From contig OZ244900.1 in NCBI GenBank assembly GCA_965221595.1, positions 1,190,687-1,254,686 on the forward strand: DNA of 64,000 bases, given 5' to 3'. Under the pieces are notes generated by a model. It was not told where the DNA came from. It did no database searches and saw nothing but the letters and a program-made list of their open reading frames with translations. Positions 9,582 through 18,804 of the stretch are shown piece after piece. This DNA comes from Vicinamibacterales bacterium (GTDB lineage: Bacteria; Acidobacteriota; Vicinamibacteria; Vicinamibacterales; UBA8438). The translations under genes were made by a program, and so were the position numbers. How positions within the stretch are numbered: position 1 is the stretch's first letter; the number at the start of each line of letters is the position of its first letter.

Positions 9582-11588
9582 CTAGGGTGCCGCGGGCGTC
9601 CAGGTTCGTGCCTGCCGCTCGGCTTCCGCCACGTCGGCCGGACTCATGCGCCGGGCCAGCGCCGCGCGGGCCTCGACGGCGCGCGTGCGGGCTGCGACGG
9701 ACACCTCGCTTGGGTCCGCCGCCAAGCGTGCGGCGGCGACGCTGTACCACCGGTACGCGGCGATGTCGTCCTGCGCGACGCCGTCTCCCGCCGCGTACAT
9801 CTGCGCCAGGTTGAACTGTGCGATGGGTTGGCCCCGCTCGGCCGCCCGGCGGTACCAGCGCACCGCCTCCGTGTCGTCCTGCTGCACGCCGCGGCCGCCG
9901 CGGTACAGGCTGCCCAGGTTGACCTGGGCTCCAGCGTGGCCGAGCTCCGCGGCAGCCCGGTACAAACGGGCGGCCGCGGTCGCGTCGGCCGGCACGCCGC
10001 GCCCGCGGTCGTGGAGCTGCGCGAGATTGAACTGCGCCTCCGGGTAGTCGGGCTGCAGCGCGAGCGCTTGGCGGAACGCGGCCACCCCGGCCTCGAAACG
10101 GCCGGCCTGCACGTGCACGGCCCCGAGGCTGTTGTGCGTCTGCGCCACGTCCGGCGCGAGCGCCGCAGCGCGCTGCAGCGGTTCCAGTGCCTCCGCCGCG
10201 CGCCCGGCCCGCAGCAGCACGTAGCCGAGCTCGTTCTGAAGCGTCGCCTGGTCCGGCTGCGCATGCGCGAGGTCGCGGTAGTGGTCGATCGTCGCCTCGA
10301 TGCGGCCCTGCGAGAGCAGCGAGACGCCGCGTGCCAGTGCCACCTCGGTCCCCGTCCGGAGCTGCATCACGGCGAAGACGGCGGCCCACACCGTCACGTA
10401 GGCCAGGTTGCGGTGCAGCGGCGTCAGCGCCCGCCCGAGCATCGCCGGATCGAGGCGCCGAAGGGCTGCCGAGCGCGCGGCGCCGTCGATTGCCTTGATC
10501 AGCAGGTTGAGCACCGGCACCGCCAGCAGCTTGTCGTAATGGGTCGGAATGCCGGCGCGCTCCAGCACGCCGAACAGCACGACGATGCTGGCGCCGTAGA
10601 GGATACCGAAGACGAGGCGTCCCAGCTCGGTGCGTGGCGACGTCGACGGATCGTTGAACAGCAGGTGCATGCCCAGGAACGCTGCAATCGGGACCGCCCC
10701 GCCGCCGAGCGAGGCGGGACTGAAGAAATGGCTGCCCGTGAGCGCGAAGTGGACGAGGATGAACGCGTACGTCGTCACGACCGCCGACAGCGTCATCGAC
10801 ACGACGCCGAAGAGGAGCTGCGCCGGCAGACTCGCCGCGAAGATCAGCAGATACATGTAGGGCGGAAAGATCTGCGTGACCGCGATCTCCGGCCCCCAGG
10901 TGATGTCCGTCGCGCCGGTGGCGATCAGGAGCAGGGCGAACAGGCCCAGCGGGAACGATGACGGGTTGAAGATGTGCACCCGGCGCCCGTCCTTCTGCCA
11001 GCGGATGAGGGCCTTCACGGCAAAGCCGACCGCCACCATGACGAACTGCAGGGCGAACCAGTCCGGCTTGAACCACATGAAGAGGTTGATGCTGAAAATG
11101 ATGGGGAAGGGGCCGAAGCCGAGTGTGTAGCGGTCGCGCCGCGACCAGGTGAGCAGCATGTCGAACGCATAGGCGAAGACGAGCTGCGCGGCGATCAGGT
11201 GCGCGGAGTCGTAGACCTCGCGCCAGTACCAGCCCCAGTAGAGATAGACGGAGAGCTGCGCGCACGCCTGGACGTAGTGCTGCCTGCGCAGCACCACGTC
11301 GAGCGCCAGCCGGCGGCCCGTGCGCGCCGCCGCGGCGAAGAGCACGCCGCTCCAGGCCAGGAGCACCCCGGCGGCGCCCAGGACCGCCCACAGCAGCGCC
11401 GGCCGCTGATGGACTGCGTCCAGGGCCGCGAAGGTTGCCAGCGCTATTGTGAACGCCACCGGCCACGCGAGCGCCTGCGCCGGCCGCAGGTCCGTGAGCT
11501 GCGCGGGTCCGGGCGCGGCGTGCGGCGCCGCGATCTGCGAACCTGCCGCATGACGTTTCCGGCCCGCTCGCCGCCTGCGTTGGGACAT
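9582..11588 (-). CDS. polytopic membrane protein fused to C-terminal TPR and Sel1 repeats
   Basis: 668 aa. The N-terminal ~400 aa has roughly 10 hydrophobic segments. The C-terminus has TPR-like units (LGYVLLRAGRAAEALEPLQRAAALAPD) followed by Sel1 units (AARLYRAAAELGHAGAQVNLGSLYRGGRGVQQD, AVRWYRRAAERGQPIAQFNLAQMYAAGDGVAQD). Confidence 0.7.
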   Translation of the reverse strand: MSQRRRRAGRKRHAAGSQIAAPHAAPGPAQLTDLRPAQALAWPVAFTIALATFAALDAVHQRPALLWAVLGAAGVLLAWSGVLFAAAARTGRRLALDVVLRRQHYVQACAQLSVYLYWGWYWREVYDSAHLIAAQLVFAYAFDMLLTWSRRDRYTLGFGPFPIIFSINLFMWFKPDWFALQFVMVAVGFAVKALIRWQKDGRRVHIFNPSSFPLGLFALLLIATGATDITWGPEIAVTQIFPPYMYLLIFAASLPAQLLFGVVSMTLSAVVTTYAFILVHFALTGSHFFSPASLGGGAVPIAAFLGMHLLFNDPSTSPRTELGRLVFGILYGASIVVLFGVLERAGIPTHYDKLLAVPVLNLLIKAIDGAARSAALRRLDPAMLGRALTPLHRNLAYVTVWAAVFAVMQLRTGTEVALARGVSLLSQGRIEATIDHYRDLAHAQPDQATLQNELGYVLLRAGRAAEALEPLQRAAALAPDVAQTHNSLGAVHVQAGRFEAGVAAFRQALALQPDYPEAQFNLAQLHDRGRGVPADATAAARLYRAAAELGHAGAQVNLGSLYRGGRGVQQDDTEAVRWYRRAAERGQPIAQFNLAQMYAAGDGVAQDDIAAYRWYSVAAARLAADPSEVSVAARTRAVEARAALARRMSPADVAEAERQARTWTPAAP

Positions 11589-11742
11589 GGGCTGCCGCGG
11601 ATCTTAGCAGCCCGCGGCAGTGCACCGCGGCCCGGGCCACCGCACGCGGGCCCACGAAACCTGGCATGTTTCCTGCGTCCGCCTCTCTCCGAAAGGCGCC
11701 GTTGTCGAAGGGGGTGCGCTGTCCTATACTGCGGAGGTAGCG

Positions 11743-12126
11743 GTGACTGCCAGTACGGTCGAACAACGATTTACTGCAGTGGAGCACCAGGTGGCAGAAA
11801 ACGCGCTCGGCATCGAAGGGTTGCGTGAAGAAGTCGCGGAACTCGGCCGCCGCCTGGACCGCGGTTTCGAGGCGGTGGAACGACGGTTCGAGGCAATCGA
11901 CCGGCGGTTCGAAGCAATCGACCGACGGTTCGAGGTCATGGACCGGCGGTTCGAGGCCATGGACAGACGCTTCGAAGCGCTGGAGCAGCGGTTCGACCAG
12001 CGACTCGAAGCGTTCGACCAGAAGCTGTCGCGGCAGTTCTTCTGGGTGGTCGGCATCCAGATAACCACCGTGCTTGCCATGACCGGCGCCATCGCCGCCA
12101 TCGCCGCCGCCGCGCTGGGGAGCTGA
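11743..12126 (+). CDS. tail-anchored coiled-coil protein with a heptad (DRRFEAI) tandem repeat
   Basis: GTG at 11743 with GGAGG 5 nt upstream (start uncertain; the ORF opens at 11620). Contains seven consecutive 7-aa units and a C-terminal TM segment FFWVVGIQITTVLAMTGAIAAIAAAALGS. Confidence 0.55.
   Translation: MTASTVEQRFTAVEHQVAENALGIEGLREEVAELGRRLDRGFEAVERRFEAIDRRFEAIDRRFEVMDRRFEAMDRRFEALEQRFDQRLEAFDQKLSRQFFWVVGIQITTVLAMTGAIAAIAAAALGS
11857..12003 (+). repeat. 21-bp coding tandem repeat, 7 units
   Basis: Units such as gaccggcggttcgaagcaatc, gaccgacggttcgaggtcatg and gaccggcggttcgaggccatg, read directly from the sequence. They encode (D/E)R(R/G)FEA(I/M/V/L). Confidence 0.9.
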
Positions 12127-12228
12127 CGCGCACCGGCATGTTGCGTGCCGTGCTGTCCGGCGCGGCCGTCCCTGCCCACTTTTCGACAGCGTCGCGGACC
12201 TGCCGGGACACCTGCGCTGAAAAAGAAA

Positions 12229-12265
12229 AAGGGGATGACCCCGAAGGGCCATCCCCTGAGCGTGT
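12229..12265 (-). terminator. rho-independent terminator of the TonB-dependent receptor gene
   Basis: On the minus strand: GGGGATGGCCCTTCGGGGTCATCCCC hairpin followed by TTTTTCTTTTTC, about 50 nt downstream of the stop at 12314. Confidence 0.8.
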
Positions 12266-12313
12266 CGCGCGGTGCAATGGGACCGAGGCGTCCGGCCCCG
12301 GCGCACCGCGAGG

Positions 12314-15300
12314 CTAGAAGTCCAACTGGAAGGCGAACTTGGCCAGCCGGCCCGCCATCGTGACCTGCGGCGCCAGGTAGCCGGCGCCGGTGCCCGCGGC
12401 GGACCCCCAGCTCGGCGCCTCGCGCGTCACCGCATTCGCGTTGAACAGGTTGAACAGGTCGAACATGGCGCGCAACTGCGTGCCGCCGGCCAGGCGGAAG
12501 ATCTTGGTCAGCCGCAGGTCGAGCTGGCTGAACCGATCGCCGTACCACGAGCCGGGCGGGACGACGTGGGCAATGATCGTCGGATCCTGGGTGAACGTGT
12601 TGCCGGCGAGGTCCTGGGTGAAGGTGACCTCGGCGATCCGCTCGGGTCCGGGCTGGTTCTGCAGCGTGGCCGCTACCTGGACGTCGCCCGGCAGCGTGTA
12701 CGACCCGAGGAACTTAACCTGCGTCAGCCAGTTGTGGTTGGCGTTGCAGTAGGTCTGCGGCGTGAGCCGCGCGGTGGTGAGCCGTTCGTTGAACTGCGAC
12801 TCGGGTACGGCGGTGATCAGGTCGCAGTTGTCGGTGCTCGTGGCCCCCGTGCTCACGCCGCCCTGGATGAGGAAGTTCTCCAGCCGGCCGTCGACGGTGA
12901 TGTCGAAGCCCTGCCAGTTCTGACTCTGGCCGCCGAAGTTGCCGGCCGCCGTGAACTCGTTGTCCGGGATCTGCACGCTCGACGGCCTCAGGTTGTAGAG
13001 GTCGATGGTCTCCGGAATGTTCGAGTTCAGGGCGCGCAGGCCATCCGGCACGCTGGCCGTCCAGACGTCGAAGTCCGCTCCGGAAAGCACCCGGTCGTCC
13101 TCAACGAAGAAGTTGATCCAGGAGCGGCGGAAGTAGCCGACGTCGAGCGACAGGCCCGGTGCGAGCTCCTGCTGGATGCTCGCCGTGATCTCCCAGTTCG
13201 ACTGCCGGTTGCCCCAGCCGTAGCGCCACGCCTCGTCGAAGAACGTGGTGACGAGCGGCTGGCCGAAGGCCAGTACCGTATTGGGCGAGAGCAGCTCGCC
13301 GTTCGGTGTGTTGATGAGCGGATTGCCCTGCACCAGGCCGTCGCCGGCGATGCACGTCGAGCCGTCCCACCCCATCAGCCCCCCGTTGTTGGGGCCGATC
13401 GTGTCAGTCGCGATGCAGCCCGAGTCCAGCCAGGTGCGGGTCTGCGCCCGGTTGTTCAGGCCCGGATTCAGCAGGTTGGCGATGTCGGTGGAGTTGCGCT
13501 TGCCGTAGCGGTGGGCGCCGAACTTGACCGCCGTCCGCCCGTCGCCGCGCACGTCCCACGCCACGCCGACCCGCGGCTGCAGGTCGTGCCAGCCGTTGGC
13601 CTTCTCGCCGGCGATGAACAGGTCCTGCCGCAGCCACGTGTTGATGGGACCCGTACCCTGAATGCCCGCCCCGGCCGCGGCGTCCAGGGTGGCCGGCGTG
13701 ATCTGGTCCGGGTAGCTCGACTCCTCGTAGTCGTAGCGCACGCCAGCATTGATGGTCAGGCGGTCGAGCGTCCACTGTTCCTGGGCGTAGAGGCCCATGT
13801 TGCGGGCCCGGTTGATCTGCCACGCCGGCGTATAGAAGGTCGCCGCCACCGGCCGCGGGCCGGCTGCGATGATGCCGTACCAGTCGCCGTGGTTCGAGTT
13901 GATGGCGTTCTCGCCCAACCACAGGCCGGTCATCCCGAACTTCAGGTTGTGGCTGCCCGTGACGTACGACACGGACCCGCGGATCATATTGGTGTGCTTC
14001 GGGCTGTTGCGCTCCATCGCGCCGGAGAACCAGCGCGACATGTTGCGCAGGGCTGTCGGTCCCGTCAGCGACAGAACGCCCGGCAAGTCGAGATTGGCCG
14101 TCTCGGTCGGGTGCAGGTAGTAGCGCACCGGCAGCACGGAAACACCCGCCTCGAAGAGGAGGCGGTTGGTGTGCGGCCGCGTCCAGGTGGCCTGGTACGC
14201 GTTGGTGCGGATGTCGCCGCCGATTGCGGCGGCCGGCGCGACGAAGATGGACGCCAGCGTGCGCCCCTGCAGCAGATACGGCTGGTCGGTGCTGCTGTTG
14301 GTCCAGTACAGCTTGAACTTGTCGCGCTGCGTGGCCTGGATGGTGAAGTTGATCGACTGCTCGCGGAGCGTCGTCGCGTCGATGGCCGGGCTGGAGGTGT
14401 CGCCCACCAGACCCCAGTTGTTGGGGTCCTGCAGACTCTGCGCCGTCTCCTGGAAGACGCCGCCGGCGACGGTGTCCGCCACCTGCGAAGTGTGCGTCGC
14501 GAAGAACCAGACGCGGTCGCGGACGATGGGCCCGCCGACCACCGGATTGATCGTCCAGATCTCGTCGATCAACGTCGCCGTCAGGTCCGGATTCGCCGCC
14601 AGCAGCCCCTCGTCGTTCGTGATGTTGTCGGCGTTCAGACCCGCGAAGCTGAAGGTCGTGAAGAAGTGGCCGCTCCAGTCGTTGCGGCCCTCGCGCGGGA
14701 TCATGTTGATACGCACGCCGCCCGTTTCGATCTCGGCCGGGCTGGCCGAGTAGTTGTACGCCAGCTCCTCGAAGTTGGAGTCGGGGAAGACGGAGTAGTT
14801 GGCCCCCTGCGTCAGCGAGTCGCCGACGTCCATGCCGTTGATCTCGAGCTGCTGGTCCTCCTGGTTGCCGCCGTGGATGGCCAGCCGCTGCAGCGTCTGA
14901 CCGGAGATGCCGCCCTGGTCCTGCGACAGAGACGTCAGGTAGCTGTCGAAGCCGCCCATCCCCGGCACCAGCAGTGCGTACGACTGGAACGACTTGCCGG
15001 TCGGGATGCTGTCGATGACCTCGCGGTCCATCACCTGGCGCTGCTCGACGTTCTGGATGTCGACGACAGGCGTGGCCCCGGAGACGGTGATGGTCTCCTC
15101 GATGTCGCCGACGCCGAGCTGGATGTCGATGTTGGCAGTGAAGCCGCTGCTCAGCTCCACCCCTTGGCGCAGGATGGTGCCGAACCCCGGCAGGGAGTAC
15201 GTCACGTCGTAGGTGCCCACCTCGAGTGCGACGATCAGGTACTGCCCGTTGCCGTCGGTGATGGCCGTCCGCACCTGCTCGATCAGGGCCGGACTGCGTG

Positions 15301-15448
15301 CCTCCACCGTCACGCCGGGCAGCACCCCGCCCGTGGTGTCGGTGACCGTGCCGCCAATCTGCTGCGCAGCTGCCGGCAGAGGCGCCAGCAGCAGGGCGGC
15401 CAACGCTGCGAGTACAGCGAGGGTTGTGTTACGACTACGCTGGTTCAT
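12314..15448 (-). CDS. TonB-dependent outer-membrane receptor with an N-terminal carboxypeptidase-regulatory-like domain
   Basis: Start at MNQRSRNTTLAVLAALAALLLAPLPAAAQQ (AAGGAG 6 nt upstream). Then IGGTVTDTTGGVLPGVTVEARSP...NGQYLIVALEVGTYDVTYSLPGF (CarboxypepD_reg), a plug region (TITVSGATPVVD), a long beta-barrel, and a C-terminal aromatic residue (AFQLDF). Confidence 0.9.
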   Translation of the reverse strand: MNQRSRNTTLAVLAALAALLLAPLPAAAQQIGGTVTDTTGGVLPGVTVEARSPALIEQVRTAITDGNGQYLIVALEVGTYDVTYSLPGFGTILRQGVELSSGFTANIDIQLGVGDIEETITVSGATPVVDIQNVEQRQVMDREVIDSIPTGKSFQSYALLVPGMGGFDSYLTSLSQDQGGISGQTLQRLAIHGGNQEDQQLEINGMDVGDSLTQGANYSVFPDSNFEELAYNYSASPAEIETGGVRINMIPREGRNDWSGHFFTTFSFAGLNADNITNDEGLLAANPDLTATLIDEIWTINPVVGGPIVRDRVWFFATHTSQVADTVAGGVFQETAQSLQDPNNWGLVGDTSSPAIDATTLREQSINFTIQATQRDKFKLYWTNSSTDQPYLLQGRTLASIFVAPAAAIGGDIRTNAYQATWTRPHTNRLLFEAGVSVLPVRYYLHPTETANLDLPGVLSLTGPTALRNMSRWFSGAMERNSPKHTNMIRGSVSYVTGSHNLKFGMTGLWLGENAINSNHGDWYGIIAAGPRPVAATFYTPAWQINRARNMGLYAQEQWTLDRLTINAGVRYDYEESSYPDQITPATLDAAAGAGIQGTGPINTWLRQDLFIAGEKANGWHDLQPRVGVAWDVRGDGRTAVKFGAHRYGKRNSTDIANLLNPGLNNRAQTRTWLDSGCIATDTIGPNNGGLMGWDGSTCIAGDGLVQGNPLINTPNGELLSPNTVLAFGQPLVTTFFDEAWRYGWGNRQSNWEITASIQQELAPGLSLDVGYFRRSWINFFVEDDRVLSGADFDVWTASVPDGLRALNSNIPETIDLYNLRPSSVQIPDNEFTAAGNFGGQSQNWQGFDITVDGRLENFLIQGGVSTGATSTDNCDLITAVPESQFNERLTTARLTPQTYCNANHNWLTQVKFLGSYTLPGDVQVAATLQNQPGPERIAEVTFTQDLAGNTFTQDPTIIAHVVPPGSWYGDRFSQLDLRLTKIFRLAGGTQLRAMFDLFNLFNANAVTREAPSWGSAAGTGAGYLAPQVTMAGRLAKFAFQLDF

Positions 15449-15626
15449 CCGCATCTCCTTGAAACCACATCTCTTTGTCGAGCCGGTCCACGATGGACAA
15501 GCGGTCAATTCTCTCCCTGGGATCCCCCGCTTGTCAAATCCGTTACGGAACCTTGTCGCATCCGTTTCGGACAATGGCGCCCGTGTTGCGTGTATGATGC
15601 TGCCCGTCAGCGAGAGGAGGACAACC

Positions 15627-16775
15627 GTGGCGATTCACGACAGTCGTTGCGCGCGCCCGAGCCGCCGGGACGCGTTGCGCATGCTCGGCATCGGCGCCGC
15701 CGGCGCCGGACTGGGACTTGCCGGCGGCGGGCGCGCCACCGCGGCTGCCGGCCGCGCGCTGCCCCAGGCGGCGGGCGCGTCACCAGTGACGTTCCCGGCG
15801 GGCGCGATCGTCCGCACCGTGCTGGAGGACCTGTCGCCGGACGTCCTCGCCGACGGCGCGACCCTGTTCCACGAGCACCTGGCCTTCGACTACGCCAGTC
15901 CGCCGGCCGAGCCGCGGGCACCCGGCACACCCGAGCCGCCGCCGCCCACCAACGACGAGATGGTGGACCTGCTGGTCGAGGAGCTGCAGATGGCGGCCTT
16001 CGACGGTGTGAGCTGCATCGTCGACTCGTCGATCGGCCCTCGCACGCCGCAGCAGCTCGAGAACCTGCGCACGATGGCCACTCGTTCCGACGTGCACGTC
16101 GTCCTCGGCGGCAGCTACTTCCTGCAGGCACGCTACCCGGAGGACATCATCGCGATGCCGCAGGCGGAGATCACCGCGCGCATGGTCGCGCAGGCGGCCC
16201 GCGAGCGCTGGGGAGCGCTGGGCGAAGTCGGCAGCTCGTTCCCGGCGATGCACGATGACGAGCGCAAGGTGATTGCCGCGACCGCCCAGGTGCACGTGCA
16301 GACGGGACTGCCCATTTTCACGCATGTCCCGCACGAGAGCTGTCCGACGTGCGCCATCGACCAGCTGGACCTCTACGAGGCGCAGGGGGTCGACATGGCG
16401 CACCTGTGCATCGGCCACCAGTCGACCATCAAGCGCTCGGACGACCCGACCTGGGAAACGCACAAGGAGATCGCCCGGCGCGGCGCGTTCGTCGGCTTCG
16501 ATACGGTGGGGCACCGGATGTCGTCCTCGTTCATTCCGGAGCGCCAGAAGGTGGACATGGTCCTGAACATGATCGAGGCCGGCTACGAGGACCACGTGCT
16601 GCTCTCGGCCGACTTCGCCAACACGACGCAGATCAAGGCCAACTGGGGCAACGGCTTCTCGACCGTGCTCGTCCAGTTCGTGCCGAAACTGCGCTACTTC
16701 GGCGTGCCCGACGAGACCATTCACAAGATCCTGGTCGACAACTCGCGGCGCTGGCTCGCGTACACGCCGGTCTGA
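15627..16775 (+). CDS. phosphotriesterase-family (PTE/PHP) metal hydrolase, Tat-exported
   Basis: GTG at 15627 with GAGGAGG upstream. Twin-arginine signal SRRDALRMLGIGAAGAG. TLFHEHL (the HxH of the PTE family), plus later HVQTGLPIFTHV, HLCIGH and LLSADF. Confidence 0.8.
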   Translation: MAIHDSRCARPSRRDALRMLGIGAAGAGLGLAGGGRATAAAGRALPQAAGASPVTFPAGAIVRTVLEDLSPDVLADGATLFHEHLAFDYASPPAEPRAPGTPEPPPPTNDEMVDLLVEELQMAAFDGVSCIVDSSIGPRTPQQLENLRTMATRSDVHVVLGGSYFLQARYPEDIIAMPQAEITARMVAQAARERWGALGEVGSSFPAMHDDERKVIAATAQVHVQTGLPIFTHVPHESCPTCAIDQLDLYEAQGVDMAHLCIGHQSTIKRSDDPTWETHKEIARRGAFVGFDTVGHRMSSSFIPERQKVDMVLNMIEAGYEDHVLLSADFANTTQIKANWGNGFSTVLVQFVPKLRYFGVPDETIHKILVDNSRRWLAYTPV

Positions 16776-16792
16776 GTCCGGGGAGGATGGCG

Positions 16793-17752
16793 ATGCGTCA
16801 GCGATGGCTTTTGCGGCCGTTCACCGCGGCCGCTGGCCTGGCGTTCCTGCTGTCGGCGCCGGCCGCGGCGCAGGACGCGTTCCGCACCCCGTGGGGCGAT
16901 CCCGACCTGCAGGGCAGTTGGACCAACACCACCACCACGCCGCTGGAGCGGCCGGACGAGCTGGCCGGCCGGGCGCGGCTCACCGCGGAGGAGCGCGCGG
17001 AGCTCGACGCCGAGGCGATCCGCAACGCCGACCGCCCGCCGCCGCCCGGCAGCACCGGGGCGTACAACAACTTCTGGTTCGAGCGCGGCGTGCGCACGGA
17101 GCAGACGTCCTGGATCGTCGACCCGCCGGACGGCCGCCTGCCGCCGATCACGGCCCGGGAACAGGCGCGGATGGACGCGCTGGCGGTCGTACGCGGCGCC
17201 GATGCGTATCCCACGACCTGGGAGGACGTCAATATCTACGAGCGGTGCATCACGCGCGGGATGCCCGGGACGATGATGCCCGGCTTCTACAACCACAACT
17301 ACCTGATCCTGCAGACGCCGAGCTACGTGGTGCTGCGGGCGGAGATGATCCACGACACGCGCGTGATTCCGCTCGACGGCCGCCCGCACGTCGATCCGTC
17401 CATCCACCTGTGGTTGGGCGACTCGCGCGGCTACTGGGAAGGGGACACGCTCGTCGTCGAGACGACCAACCTGACCGACAAGGTGTTCGAGCGGCGCTTC
17501 TCCAACACCGTCTACGGCACCGGCCGCCACATGCGCCTGGTGGAACGCTTCACGCGCGTCGACGCCGACACGATCGACTACCGTTTCACGGTGAGCGACC
17601 CGACGACGTTCGAGCGGCCCTGGACGGCGGCGACGCCGATGGCGGCACTCGACGGACCGCTGTTCGAGTACGCCTGCCATGAAGGCAACTACGCCATCGT
17701 GAACATGCTGAGCGGCGCGCGCGCCCGCGAGCGGGCCGGGGAGCAGCAGTAG
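16793..17752 (+). CDS. conserved exported hypothetical protein, paralogue of 48313..49245
   Basis: Signal peptide MRQRWLLRPFTAAAGLAFLLSAPAAAQ. Shares TPWGDPDLQG, IVDPPDGRLPP, IPLDGRPH, GDSRGYWEGDTLVVETTN and FEYACHEGN blocks with the 48313..49245 product. Confidence 0.65.
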   Translation: MRQRWLLRPFTAAAGLAFLLSAPAAAQDAFRTPWGDPDLQGSWTNTTTTPLERPDELAGRARLTAEERAELDAEAIRNADRPPPPGSTGAYNNFWFERGVRTEQTSWIVDPPDGRLPPITAREQARMDALAVVRGADAYPTTWEDVNIYERCITRGMPGTMMPGFYNHNYLILQTPSYVVLRAEMIHDTRVIPLDGRPHVDPSIHLWLGDSRGYWEGDTLVVETTNLTDKVFERRFSNTVYGTGRHMRLVERFTRVDADTIDYRFTVSDPTTFERPWTAATPMAALDGPLFEYACHEGNYAIVNMLSGARARERAGEQQ

Positions 17753-17764
17753 CCTGACAGCCCG

Positions 17765-18235
17765 TCAGCGGCGGTGCTCGAACGCGTGCTCGACCTGGAC
17801 CGTCTTCATCCCGCGCAGTTCCGTCACATGCGCGCCTGCCAGACGCTCGCCGAACTCGCCGTAGCGCGCCACGACCTCGGGGGGTTGGGGTGGCAGCGGG
17901 AACTGGACGACTACGCCCACCGCGCCGGGCGGCCAGTTGAACGTGCTGATGCGGGCCCAGTAGGCGCCGTCCTGCACGGCGCTCCGCCCCGACTCGATGA
18001 GGTTCGTCGCCGGCCAGTCCGCCACCTCGGTGGTGTGGGCCGCCTCGTGCGTCACGCGGTAGTTGACGTACGCCCCGTTCGGCAGGTTCGTTTCGCCTTC
18101 GAGCCAGAGCTGGCGCCACTCGGAGCGGTGCGCGACGGTCAGCTCCACCGTCTCGGCAGCCGTCCCGCCGCTGCCTGCCGGGCTGCAGGCCACTAGCGCC
18201 AGCAGGAGCACGACGAGCGGCATCCGGTCAGCCAT
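17765..18235 (-). CDS. hypothetical lipoprotein
   Basis: MADRMPLVVLLLALVACSP has a lipobox. I recognise no family. Start is ambiguous (18235 or 18223). Confidence 0.5.
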   Translation of the reverse strand: MADRMPLVVLLLALVACSPAGSGGTAAETVELTVAHRSEWRQLWLEGETNLPNGAYVNYRVTHEAAHTTEVADWPATNLIESGRSAVQDGAYWARISTFNWPPGAVGVVVQFPLPPQPPEVVARYGEFGERLAGAHVTELRGMKTVQVEHAFEHRR

Positions 18236-18803
18236 GACTCCCGGCATTATACGTCCCGGCCGCCGGCCCATCGTGGGCGTGATGGGCTCGCACCAGGACG
18301 CGCACGCCGAGCGCGCGCGGCAGGTCGGCGAGTGGATCGCGCGGCAGGGCTATCACCTGCTGACGGGCGCCGGTGGCGGCGTGATGGGGGCCGTGACGGA
18401 AGCGTTCGCCGCGGTGCCGGACCGGCCGGGGCTCGCGCTGGGCGTCGTGCCCTCGGTGCGCGGGCGGCCCGGCACGCCGCTGCCCGGCTATCCCAACCGC
18501 TGGGTCGAGATTCCGATCCGCGCGCACCTCGACAGCGGCGGCGCGGCCGGCGACGAGCCGACCTCGCGCAACCACGTCAACATCCTGACGTCGACCGTCG
18601 TAATTCTGCTGCCGGGAAGGGCGGGCACGGCCAGCGAAGCCCGGCTGGCGCTGCGCTACGGCCGGCCGTGCGTGGCGTACCTGCGGTCGCCCGCCGAGAT
18701 CCCGGGGCTCCCGGTCGGCATCCCCGTCGAGCCGGACTTTGCCGACGTCGCCGCCTATGTCACGCAACACGCGGCGCCGGCGCCGCCCGCCGACCGACAC
18801 TAG
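18234..18803 (+). CDS. TIGR00725 / LOG-like (SLOG superfamily) Rossmann-fold protein
   Basis: IVGVMGSHQDAHAERARQVGEWIARQGYHLLTGAGGGVMGAVTEAF...ILLPGRAGTASE matches the GxGGGxM and PGGxGTxxE-type motifs of LOG/TIGR00725 proteins. Start is uncertain (18234 or 18282). Confidence 0.6.
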   Translation: MTPGIIRPGRRPIVGVMGSHQDAHAERARQVGEWIARQGYHLLTGAGGGVMGAVTEAFAAVPDRPGLALGVVPSVRGRPGTPLPGYPNRWVEIPIRAHLDSGGAAGDEPTSRNHVNILTSTVVILLPGRAGTASEARLALRYGRPCVAYLRSPAEIPGLPVGIPVEPDFADVAAYVTQHAAPAPPADRH

Positions 18804-18804
18804 C

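Noticed and set aside
11857-12003. The 21-bp repeat (and the 69-bp repeat at 41097-41255) as possible CRISPR arrays
   Set aside because: The units are directly adjacent with no spacers, are in frame within ORFs, and encode regular peptide repeats.
12272-16258. 1328-aa plus-strand ORF
   Set aside because: It lies entirely antisense to the TonB-dependent receptor and overlaps the PTE gene out of frame. It has no domain signatures and Arg/Val/Gly/Asp-rich shadow composition.
18233-18236. Divergent genes whose start codons overlap on CATG (18235 minus, 18234 plus)
   Set aside because: This is probably an artefact of choosing the longest ORFs. Alternative internal starts (18223 and 18282) leave a more normal divergent promoter gap. 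I do not treat it as a real feature.
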